From a virus (taxonomy: Duplodnaviria; Caudoviricetes): a stretch of DNA of 24,185 nt. Position numbers and translations under genes: made by a program. The number at the start of each line of letters is the position of its first letter. Position 1 is the first letter of the stretch. Shown here piece after piece: positions 1-6,396 of this stretch. The stretch spans positions 1 through 24,185 of IMG/VR virus record IMGVR_UViG_3300044512_001236; one strand, 5' to 3'. Below the pieces are notes generated by a model. The model saw only the letters and a program-made list of their open reading frames with translations, was not told where the DNA came from and ran no database searches.

Positions 1-2
1 AT

Positions 3-608
3 GCACTAACTAGAAATTCAAGTTCATATTTTCATAGAGCAATAAGAAAATATGGAAAAGAAAATTTTGTTATTGAAGAAGTTGAAATATGCGAAGAAAA
101 TTTGACTGATAGAGAAGTATTTTGGATTTCTGAATTAAAACCAAAATATAATCAAACTATTGGTGGAGATAATGGAATTCTTGGATACTCTCATACTGAA
201 GAAACTAAAAAGATAATATCTCAAAAGAATACTGGAAAATTTGTAGGCAACAAAAATCCATTCTATAATCAAACACATACAGAGGAACAAAAGAAGAACT
301 GGAGTAAAATGAGAAAAGGGCAACCATCTCCTTGTGGATTTGCTGGAAAATCACATAAAGAAGAAAGCAAAAGTAAAACATCTCAAACACTCAAAAATAA
401 TCCAAATGTGAAAAGAACCAAAGTATTTCAGTATGATATTGAAGGAAACTTTTTAAGAGAGTTTCAATCTATTAGTGATGCTTCTAAATTTGTAGGAACA
501 ACTCCTTCTAATATCAAATATACTTGCGAGGGAAAATTTAAGCACTGCAAAGGATACAAGTGGAGTTATAAAAAAAATGAACCAATATTAAAAGCACAAA
601 TAGTGTGA
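3..608 (+). CDS. GIY-YIG homing endonuclease with NUMOD3 and NUMOD1 DNA-binding repeats (5'-truncated by the window edge)
   Basis: The frame is open from position 3: ALTRNSSSYFHRAIRKYGKENFVIEEVE...REVFWISELKPKYN matches the C-terminal half of a GIY-YIG catalytic domain. It continues into NUMOD3-like repeats (HTEETKKIIS, NPFYNQTHTEEQK, GKSHKEESK) and a NUMOD1-like end (VFQYDIEGNFLREFQSISDASK...GYKWSY). Visibly AT-rich. Confidence 0.85.
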   Translation, partial: ALTRNSSSYFHRAIRKYGKENFVIEEVEICEENLTDREVFWISELKPKYNQTIGGDNGILGYSHTEETKKIISQKNTGKFVGNKNPFYNQTHTEEQKKNWSKMRKGQPSPCGFAGKSHKEESKSKTSQTLKNNPNVKRTKVFQYDIEGNFLREFQSISDASKFVGTTPSNIKYTCEGKFKHCKGYKWSYKKNEPILKAQIV

Positions 609-613
609 TTTAA

Positions 614-642
614 TAGACAAAACCATAATCTTGAGGTATGAT
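614..642 (+). promoter_or_regulatory. sigma70-like promoter (TAGACA-N17-TATGAT)
   Basis: TAGACA at 614-619, exactly 17 nt spacer, TATGAT at 637-642. The same hexamer pair occurs at 21617-21645. Confidence 0.6.
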
Positions 643-673
643 GAAAACCAAATATTTTTTAGAGGTAAATAGA

Positions 674-727
674 ATGTGTGAGTTAAGTTCAGTAGAGGAG
701 GGCGAGTGTGAGTCTTGCGCAGTTTAA
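674..727 (+). other. Orphan NrdA C-terminal tail mini-ORF (MCELSSVEEGECESCAV*)
   Basis: ATG at 674, AGAGGT Shine-Dalgarno at 661-666, TAA at 725-727. The acidic tail ending in CxxC-A-V is typical of class Ia NrdA C-termini, and it overlaps the nrdB start. Confidence 0.75.
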
Positions 728-1901
728 GGTCTCATCGGTGAATAATAATACGATGGCAAAGGTTGAAGGAATGACGGTTTTTAATACCGAAGTTCATGAT
801 GCCAAGAAACAACCAATGTTTTTTGGCAAACCACTTGGGGTTCAGAGATATGATTCTTATAAGTATCCTATCTTTGATAAACTTACAACTCAACAGTTGG
901 GATATTTTTGGAGACCTGAAGAGGTATCTCTACAAAAAGATAGAGCAGACTATCATACATTGAGACCCGAACAGAAGCATATCTATACTTCCAATCTGAA
1001 GTATCAGATCATGTTGGATTCTATTCAGGGTCGTGGTCCCGGTATGGCATTCATTCCTTATTGTTCACTACCTGAACTAGAGGCATGTATGGAAGTGTGG
1101 GGATTCATGGAGATGATTCATAGTCGTTCTTACACATACATCATCAAGAACATCTATCCAGACCCTAGTGATATCTTTGATCACATCATTACAGATCCTA
1201 GAATTCTGGAGAGAGCAAAGAGTGTAACTGAATCTTATGATTCATTTATCAACAGTGCACAAGCATGGGGTAATGGTGAACTGTGGTCAAGTGACTTTAG
1301 AGATACCCATGTTTCTCAAGATAGTATCAAAGATGTAAAACGCAAACTCTATAGGGCAGTTGCGAATGTTAATATCCTTGAGGGTATTAGATTCTATGTC
1401 TCTTTTGCTTGTAGTTTTGCCTTTGGTGAACTCAAACTTATGGAAGGATCTGCAAAGATTATTTCATTGATTGCTAGAGATGAGAACCAACACCTTGCGA
1501 TCACTCAGAACATTCTGAACAAGTGGGCTGCCGGTGATGATCCTGAAATGAAACAAATCATGAAGGAAGAGCAGGAGTGGTTGTATGCAATGTTTGATAA
1601 AGCCGTGAACGAAGAGAAGCGTTGGGCAGATCACTTGTTCAAAGATGGTAGTATGATTGGTCTTAATGATGCTCTACTCAAGAAGTATGTTGAGTGGGTT
1701 GCCAATCGTAGAATGAAGGCCATTGGTCTTAAACCTGTCTATGATGTTGCCGCCAAGAACAATCCTCTTCCTTGGACACAACATTGGATAAGCAGCAAAG
1801 GGTTGCAGGTAGCCCCACAAGAGACTGAGAACGAGAGTTATATCGTTGGAGGTATCAAACAAGATGTCAAAAAAGATACCTTCTCAGGATTCCAACTCTG
1901 A
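708..1901 (+). CDS. nrdB: Ribonucleotide reductase class Ia beta subunit
   Basis: FWRPEEV, LDSIQ, EMIHSRSY (radical Tyr), EGIRFYVSF, RDENQH and the VAPQETE tail. GTG start with GAGGAG SD at 695-700; an alternative ATG lies at 753. Confidence 0.97.
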   Translation: MSLAQFKVSSVNNNTMAKVEGMTVFNTEVHDAKKQPMFFGKPLGVQRYDSYKYPIFDKLTTQQLGYFWRPEEVSLQKDRADYHTLRPEQKHIYTSNLKYQIMLDSIQGRGPGMAFIPYCSLPELEACMEVWGFMEMIHSRSYTYIIKNIYPDPSDIFDHIITDPRILERAKSVTESYDSFINSAQAWGNGELWSSDFRDTHVSQDSIKDVKRKLYRAVANVNILEGIRFYVSFACSFAFGELKLMEGSAKIISLIARDENQHLAITQNILNKWAAGDDPEMKQIMKEEQEWLYAMFDKAVNEEKRWADHLFKDGSMIGLNDALLKKYVEWVANRRMKAIGLKPVYDVAAKNNPLPWTQHWISSKGLQVAPQETENESYIVGGIKQDVKKDTFSGFQL

Positions 1902-1989
1902 TTTTATTCAAAAACTAATCAAATATTATAAGAAAATAAAAGCCAAAAAGTTAGACGACTATATATTTCAGGACTATGAAGAAAAGTGA

Positions 1990-2418
1990 GTGTGTGACTA
2001 CGAGAACCCTTGGTTGTTTAAAGGTGAACCCTTTACCTCCAATCTTATTGGGGATAACTTTGGCTTTGTTTATCTCATTACCAACATTTCCTCCAACCGT
2101 AAATACCTCGGAAGGAAATACTTTTGGTCCTTTAGAACCCCTAAAGGAAAGAAGCGTAAGGTAAAACAAGAATCCGATTGGAAAAAATACTATGGTTCAT
2201 GTCCTGAATTAAAAGAGGATGTGGACCTTTTTGGTAAGGATAAATTCTCTAGAGAGATACTTTCCTTACACGATACCAAGGGTCAAACTAACTTTGAGGA
2301 GACCCGTCAGTTGTTTCTGAACGAGGTTCTGTCTCAAAGGTTGACAGATGAGACACCCCTGTATTACAATTCAAACATCCTTGGGCGGTACTACCGAAAG
2401 GATTATTACAATAAATAA
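1990..2418 (+). CDS. Small stand-alone GIY-YIG-family nuclease (conserved in T4-like phages)
   Basis: GFVYLITN...RKYLGRK variant of the GIY-YIG motif, YYGS, FSREIL, E..., YYNSNI. No appended DNA-binding domain. Confidence 0.75.
   Translation: MCDYENPWLFKGEPFTSNLIGDNFGFVYLITNISSNRKYLGRKYFWSFRTPKGKKRKVKQESDWKKYYGSCPELKEDVDLFGKDKFSREILSLHDTKGQTNFEETRQLFLNEVLSQRLTDETPLYYNSNILGRYYRKDYYNK
2410..2417 (+). promoter_or_regulatory. T4-type late promoter box (AATAAATA)
   Basis: NATAAATA box about 30 nt upstream of the lysozyme-like ORF. Confidence 0.5.
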
Positions 2419-2447
2419 ACTTTACTCGAATTTTAACAATTATTTCA

Positions 2448-3077
2448 ATGACTAGAAAATTTCTTACTGCTATTGCTGTTTCGGCAACATTACTTGGTAG
2501 TGCATGTGTCGCTGCAAAAACACTTGACGATCACCTTGCAGAAGTCACTGGTGATGCAGTAGTAGTAGAAGAGGAAGTTGTGGTTCAGGAACCCATAGAA
2601 ATTGTGGAGGTTGATAAGGAATGGACTTGTCCTACATGTACTCCCAATGAACAGTATGTTCTTGCAAAACTTCAGGAGTATACACCGATTGATGATCGTA
2701 ATGCCCTTGCAACAATCATGGGTAATATCAAATCAGAATCTAACTTTCATTCAAACATTTGTGAAGGAGGTACTCGTGTTCCTTATGAACGATGTCATAG
2801 TGGAGGTTATGGTTTGATACAATGGACTTCTATTGGTCGTTATAGGGGACTTGGAAACTTTGCTAGTAAGTATGGTTGTAATCCAAGTGAATTGGATTGT
2901 CAGGTTCGTTGGATGATTAATGAACCACAATTCCAACAAGCACTTCCTAGTTTTGCTGGTGGTGGTCAAACCGTAAGTCAATATATGCGTCCTGCATATA
3001 GATGGTTGGGTTGGGGTATCAAAGGATATCGTCAACAGTATGCATATGATTACAGTAAGAGACTTGTACTTGGTTGA
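2448..3077 (+). CDS. Exported lysozyme-like peptidoglycan hydrolase (phage tail lysozyme family) with N-terminal signal peptide
   Basis: ATIMGNIKSESNF and GGYGLIQWT motifs of the phage-tail-lysozyme fold. The N-terminus is MTRK plus a hydrophobic stretch, followed by an acidic V/E-rich linker. Confidence 0.75.
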   Translation: MTRKFLTAIAVSATLLGSACVAAKTLDDHLAEVTGDAVVVEEEVVVQEPIEIVEVDKEWTCPTCTPNEQYVLAKLQEYTPIDDRNALATIMGNIKSESNFHSNICEGGTRVPYERCHSGGYGLIQWTSIGRYRGLGNFASKYGCNPSELDCQVRWMINEPQFQQALPSFAGGGQTVSQYMRPAYRWLGWGIKGYRQQYAYDYSKRLVLG

Positions 3078-3080
3078 TTT

Positions 3081-3776
3081 ATGATTATTGATCCTTCTGA
3101 AATATTTGATAATAAAGTTTTTGTATTAAACAAAACTCCTATAATTGAAACAATTGATACTGGACCCGCCAAGGTGACAGTCATTGACAACTTCTATGAA
3201 TATATTGATGGGGTTATTGCACAAATTCCTAAGATGCCAGTCAGTTTAGTTTGGGATCAGGAAGGTAATAACGAAACATTTTTTGATGGGAGAAAGGTGT
3301 ATCGATCAAATATGGAAGGATCACTTATTCCATATGCATTTGATCATACTTTACCAAATTTGGTATCAAACATTATTGACTTTCCTGTAGATCGAATAAG
3401 ATCTAGTAAAGAATTTATTGTTAATTGTTTTACATTTACTGATGAATTTGATTCGGTATTTGAAACTCATTGGTATGGACCTCATCGTGATAGACATGAT
3501 TATGGTCCTACATCAACTGGTATGATTGCGATAGTAGTCTTCTTAAATGAACACTATGAAGAAGGTGAAGGAATGAATTTTTACGATGTACCCGATGACT
3601 TTGTTCTAACAATTCGTGAGAGAAAGGATAAAGTTAAACAGATATATACTGTACAGGGTAAAAAGAATCGTGCAGTTCTTTTTGACTCTCAGTTTCCTCA
3701 CGGACAACACACCCCAACAAATCAGTTCAAGAACGAAATGAGATACACTCAGGTAATTTTCGTTCCATTGTACTAA
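3081..3776 (+). CDS. 2OG-Fe(II) oxygenase superfamily protein
   Basis: VIDNFY, PHRD (HxD), IVVFLN, G-x-NFY, NRAVLFDS..PHG (distal His), RYTQVIF (2OG-binding Arg). Confidence 0.75.
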   Translation: MIIDPSEIFDNKVFVLNKTPIIETIDTGPAKVTVIDNFYEYIDGVIAQIPKMPVSLVWDQEGNNETFFDGRKVYRSNMEGSLIPYAFDHTLPNLVSNIIDFPVDRIRSSKEFIVNCFTFTDEFDSVFETHWYGPHRDRHDYGPTSTGMIAIVVFLNEHYEEGEGMNFYDVPDDFVLTIRERKDKVKQIYTVQGKKNRAVLFDSQFPHGQHTPTNQFKNEMRYTQVIFVPLY

Positions 3777-3781
3777 GGCCC

Positions 3782-3810
3782 TTGACACCAGTCAGGGTTT
3801 ACCCTATACT
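3782..3810 (+). promoter_or_regulatory. sigma70-like early promoter of the tRNA cluster
   Basis: TTGACA 3782-3787, 17 nt spacer, TATACT 3805-3810. Confidence 0.85.
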
Positions 3811-3815
3811 ATAAA

Positions 3816-3881
3816 GGTGGTTGAGAGACCACTGCTGTGACCCCCTTGGTAGTTCAGGGTTAGAGGCGATAGGAACTACCA
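3816..3881 (+). ncRNA. Structured leader RNA (hairpin plus predicted H-type pseudoknot) before tRNA-Arg
   Basis: GGTGGT/ACCACT hairpin (3816-3833). TGGTAGTTC (3847-3855) pairs perfectly with GAACTACCA (3873-3881). TGACCC (3838-3843) can pair with loop GGGTTA (3857-3862). Confidence 0.5.
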
Positions 3882-3884
3882 CTT

Positions 3885-3958
3885 GTCTCAGTAGCTCAGT
3901 GGAATAGAGCATCGCTCTTCTAAAGCGTTGGTCGCTGGTTCGAATCCAGCCTGAGACG
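3885..3958 (+). tRNA. tRNA-Arg (TCT)
   Basis: Cloverleaf: GTCTCAG/CTGAGAC acceptor stem, anticodon loop CTTCTAA, T loop TTCGAAT. No encoded CCA. Confidence 0.93.
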
Positions 3959-3961
3959 TAT

Positions 3962-4035
3962 GCCTTTGTAGCTCAGTTGGATAGAGCAGCTGTTTTGTAA
4001 ACAGCAGGTCACCCGTTCAAGTCGGGTCGGAGGCT
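3962..4035 (+). tRNA. tRNA-Thr (TGT)
   Basis: GCCTTTG/CGGAGGC acceptor stem, GCTGT-TTTGTAA-ACAGC anticodon arm, T loop TTCAAGT. Confidence 0.93.
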
Positions 4036-4037
4036 TA

Positions 4038-4159
4038 ACGGGATGGCGACACCCGTACTCACATTTCCGAGAGAAAAAAGAATCGGAGCAACAACCCATG
4101 TGAGGAGGAGGTGGGATCCCTCTTGGTGCCACCGCTGCTGACGAGTAGCGGTTATTTTT
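4038..4159 (+). ncRNA. Multi-stem non-tRNA structured RNA ending in a terminator-like hairpin
   Basis: ACGGG/CCCGT stem with GCGA tetraloop. CTCACAT/ATGTGAG encloses TTCCGA/TCGGAG. AGGAGG/CCTCTT hairpin. ACCGCTGCT/AGTAGCGGT followed by TATTTTT. Confidence 0.55.
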
Positions 4160-4161
4160 AA

Positions 4162-4234
4162 TCCCCAATAGCTCAGTTGGAAGAGCGCAAAACTGTTAAT
4201 TTTGATGTCCTTGGTTCAAGCCCAAGTTGGGGAG
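4162..4234 (+). tRNA. tRNA-Asn (GTT)
   Basis: TCCCCAA/TTGGGGA acceptor stem, CAAAA-CTGTTAA-TTTTG anticodon arm, T loop TTCAAGC. Confidence 0.93.
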
Positions 4235-4238
4235 CTTC

Positions 4239-4310
4239 GCTCGAATAACTCAGAGGTAGAGTAGTAGATTTACATTCTATTTGTCGGGGGTTCGATCCCC
4301 TCTTCGAGCA
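4239..4310 (+). tRNA. tRNA-Val (TAC)
   Basis: GCTCGAA/TTCGAGC acceptor stem, GTAGA-TTTACAT-TCTAT anticodon arm, T loop TTCGATC. Confidence 0.9.
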
Positions 4311-4332
4311 TGTCGTATCAATCTAATGAATC

Positions 4333-4581
4333 ATGTTAGTTATCAGATGCAAAAATTGTAATACAGAACTTACGAGTTCTCCCAAGACTCAGGTCTGTGG
4401 TTGTCCTAATAACACCACACTCACTGATGATAAGATTTCTGCTATTGATTTGTCTAAGGTGTTGATTATATCGAACACTAAACTCGATGAGAGTCACGAT
4501 GTTCTGACTGCAGCAGACTTGATGTACCAAGAACAAAGACGTAGACGTAAGGTAAAGAGACTTGACTTTGAAGTCAGGTAA
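4333..4581 (+). CDS. Small putative zinc-binding hypothetical protein
   Basis: CKNC...CGC cysteine pattern and a basic C-terminus (RRRRKVKRLDFEVR). Confidence 0.7.
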   Translation: MLVIRCKNCNTELTSSPKTQVCGCPNNTTLTDDKISAIDLSKVLIISNTKLDESHDVLTAADLMYQEQRRRRKVKRLDFEVR

Positions 4582-4587
4582 CAGTAA

Positions 4588-4595
4588 AATAAATA
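4588..4595 (+). promoter_or_regulatory. T4-type late promoter box (AATAAATA)
   Basis: NATAAATA box about 20 nt upstream of ATG 4613. Confidence 0.45.
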
Positions 4596-4612
4596 AATCA
4601 ACTACAAATGAG

Positions 4613-4789
4613 ATGATGGAAGTCTTTACTGTAAAAGAGTATCAAGATCGTTGGGATGAGTTGATGGAAAGAGTTGAGAACGGGGAGACTTTTGGTATAG
4701 TCAATGACAACGGACAGGCTGCCGTGATGATGCCTGCTGATGATGAGACTATGCGAATATACACAGAGAATAACAACGAAGGACCCTGA
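4613..4789 (+). CDS. Phd/YefM antitoxin-like small protein
   Basis: MEVFTVKEYQDRWDELMERVENGETFGIVNDNGQAAVMMP fits the Phd/YefM N-terminal pattern (T-x-x-E-hydrophobic...ELM-x-RV-x-x-GE...I...G...AV-x-x-P). Likely start is ATG 4613 or 4616, not the TTG at 4562. Confidence 0.55.
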   Translation: MMEVFTVKEYQDRWDELMERVENGETFGIVNDNGQAAVMMPADDETMRIYTENNNEGP

Positions 4790-4861
4790 GGGACTGTCGC
4801 ATATTGGTTAATGCTCGCTCCTTATAAGGGCGCAAACTGGGTTCAATTCTCAGCAGTCCCA
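4790..4861 (+). tRNA. tRNA-Ile (TAT)
   Basis: GGGACTG/CAGTCCC acceptor stem, CGCTC-CTTATAA-GGGCG anticodon arm, T loop TTCAATT, discriminator A. Confidence 0.85.
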
Positions 4862-4864
4862 TTC

Positions 4865-4937
4865 GCTTCTTTAGCAATCTGGTGAATGCAACGTGCTCAT
4901 AACACGTCGAAGGTGAGTTCGATCCTCACAAGAAGCA
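4865..4937 (+). tRNA. tRNA with CAT anticodon (elongator Met or Ile2)
   Basis: GCTTCTT/AAGAAGC acceptor stem, ACGTG-CTCATAA-CACGT anticodon arm, T loop TTCGATC. Lacks initiator features (paired 1:72, no GGG/CCC anticodon stem). Confidence 0.88.
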
Positions 4938-4963
4938 TCGAGGTCAGTTCGCAGACTGTCCTC

Positions 4964-4992
4964 TTGACTCTTACAGTCAAAACCCTTATACT
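4964..4992 (+). promoter_or_regulatory. sigma70-like early promoter preceded by an inverted repeat
   Basis: TTGACT 4964-4969, 17 nt spacer, TATACT 4987-4992. A GAGG-T-CAGT...ACTG-T-CCTC inverted repeat lies at 4940-4963. Confidence 0.8.
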
Positions 4993-5014
4993 ACTAAGGT
5001 CAATACGAAAGACA

Positions 5015-5227
5015 ATGACTATTACTTCTAAGTTCAAAAAAGACATCACAACCCTCAGGTCTGCAGCCAATGGGGAATTCTTCCTTGACGTAAAGAATCC
5101 AAAACTTTACAAGAAGGTTCGTAAATTTTATGAGAATGATGGTGTAACTTTTTCTGGTGATCCTCTCGACGATTATGATATTCTCATCGATTGTATTGCA
5201 GAAGATCTTGAAAGTGTGGAAGTATGA
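5015..5227 (+). CDS. Hypothetical cyanophage protein (70 aa)
   Basis: ATG 5015 lies just downstream of the promoter. The longer 4886 start would overlap a tRNA. ATGA overlap with the next gene. Confidence 0.75.
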   Translation: MTITSKFKKDITTLRSAANGEFFLDVKNPKLYKKVRKFYENDGVTFSGDPLDDYDILIDCIAEDLESVEV

Positions 5228-5505
5228 ATGATTTAGATCCCAAGTCTGTTGAGTCAACTAAGACTACGATTATTCATGAACGGTTTCCTTATCGTTTTGT
5301 TCAAAAGGGATACATTCAACTGAATGGTAAACCCGATTTTCGTTTACAGAAAGCAAATGAGTATACTAAAAAGTACTCTGACATCTATCTGTTTGATAAC
5401 GGAGAACAACTTCTTCTTGCCATTGAAGATCAAGAATATCCTAAGTGGCTTGACCCAGAGGGTGTTCCTTCTTACGTAAGAGATAGAGTTTCCAAAAATA
5501 AATAA
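5224..5505 (+). CDS. Hypothetical cyanophage protein
   Basis: 93 aa ORF coupled to the upstream gene, containing FPYRFVQKG..NGKPDFRLQK. Confidence 0.75.
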   Translation: MNDLDPKSVESTKTTIIHERFPYRFVQKGYIQLNGKPDFRLQKANEYTKKYSDIYLFDNGEQLLLAIEDQEYPKWLDPEGVPSYVRDRVSKNK

Positions 5506-5529
5506 ATAAAACAGATTTAGTTTTCGATT

Positions 5530-5784
5530 ATGTCTAGTAGAAAAACATCAGATACTGGAGCATACATGTCTCAGTATGACCAAGAAGTAGAAACCAGACT
5601 TAAAGCCCTTGAAGCTGGTGTCAAAAAGGTTGGGGAAGAAGTTCAAAAAAAGAGTTCTGCCCCTGCCGTTCCTGCTCCTGCTCCAGTTAGTGGTGATCTA
5701 GAAGCCAAAGTGGATTTGTTGATTAGTATTCTAAAACAGACACCTAGTCTTAATATCGAAAAACTGTCTAAAGGTAAACTCTGA
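5530..5784 (+). CDS. Hypothetical protein with coiled-coil and Ala/Pro linker
   Basis: 84 aa ORF preceded by tandem AATAAATA late boxes (about 5496-5508). Contains an APAVPAPAP linker. Confidence 0.7.
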   Translation: MSSRKTSDTGAYMSQYDQEVETRLKALEAGVKKVGEEVQKKSSAPAVPAPAPVSGDLEAKVDLLISILKQTPSLNIEKLSKGKL

Positions 5785-5787
5785 TAT

Positions 5788-5820
5788 GAGTTTCTTGCTT
5801 CTCTAAAGAGCAAGTGGCGC
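5788..5820 (+). ncRNA. Small predicted pseudoknot, possibly a manA-RNA-like module
   Basis: CTTGCTT (5794-5800) pairs with GAGCAAG (5808-5814), and the loop CTC can pair with GAG 5788-5790. The resemblance to the cyanophage manA RNA is from recollection only. Confidence 0.35.
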
Positions 5821-5837
5821 GGCATGAACCCTATACT

Positions 5838-5866
5838 AGGAGGTCTTGACAAAGGCCTCCTTTTTT
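5838..5866 (+). terminator. Intrinsic terminator overlapping the -35 of the next promoter
   Basis: AGGAGGTCTT-GACA-AAGGCCTCCT followed by a T run. Confidence 0.8.
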
Positions 5867-5874
5867 AATACAAT
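5846..5874 (+). promoter_or_regulatory. sigma70-like promoter of the glycan island
   Basis: TTGACA 5846-5851, 17 nt spacer, TACAAT 5869-5874. Confidence 0.8.
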
Positions 5875-5901
5875 ACATAGAGGGATATTGTAATTATTCA
5901 T

Positions 5902-6396
5902 ATGAAGATTGGTTTTAACTGTAGTTCCTTTGACTTGTTTCATGCGGGACATGTGACAATGTTGAAGATGGAAAAAGAACTATGTGATTATCTTGTAGTT
6001 GCTCTTCAAGTTGATCCTACTATTGACAGACCAGGTATCAAGAACAAACCTACACAGAGTGTGTACGAGAGGTATGTACAACTCCAAGGTTGTAAGTATG
6101 TTGATGAGATTTTGGTATATGAAACCGAGGATGATCTTATCAATCTGATCAAAACTCAAACAATTGATATTAGATTCCTAAGTGAAGAGTATAAAGATAG
6201 AGACTTCACAGGAAAACAATACTGTATCGATAATAATATTGAACTACACTATCATTTAAGACGACATAAGTATTCTTCCACTGAACTCAGGAATAGAGTT
6301 TATACATTGGAGAATGCAAAAAGAACAGAACTAGTTCCAGGAGAAGTATTAGATCAATACTCACCAGAACTTCTTAACAAGTATGAAAAATCATGA
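5902..6396 (+). CDS. Glycerol-3-phosphate cytidylyltransferase-like (TagD family) nucleotidyltransferase
   Basis: FDLFHAGH (HxGH), LVVALQVDP, QSVYER, YVDEI and SSTELR motifs. Confidence 0.85.
   Translation: MKIGFNCSSFDLFHAGHVTMLKMEKELCDYLVVALQVDPTIDRPGIKNKPTQSVYERYVQLQGCKYVDEILVYETEDDLINLIKTQTIDIRFLSEEYKDRDFTGKQYCIDNNIELHYHLRRHKYSSTELRNRVYTLENAKRTELVPGEVLDQYSPELLNKYEKS

Noticed and set aside
609-676. Group I intron catalytic core downstream of the endonuclease
   Set aside because: The interval is too short and shows no recognisable P7 or J8/7 sequence. An intron remains possible only if its core lies upstream of the window.
4036-4130. Possible tRNA-associated HDV-like (theta) ribozyme after tRNA-Thr
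   Set aside because: I could not build the nested P1/P2/P3/P1.1 double pseudoknot or find the conserved L3 and J4/2 residues by eye.
4138-4145. CTGACGAG resembling a hammerhead ribozyme core
   Set aside because: No stem II followed by GAAA; these bases form the apex of a terminator-like hairpin.
3920-4168. 82-aa minus-strand ORF
   Set aside because: It is antisense to tRNA-Arg, tRNA-Thr and the structured spacer, and has no protein-like features.
4886-5014. N-terminal extension of the 4886..5227 ORF
   Set aside because: It overlaps the CAT tRNA and a promoter; ATG 5015 is the plausible start.
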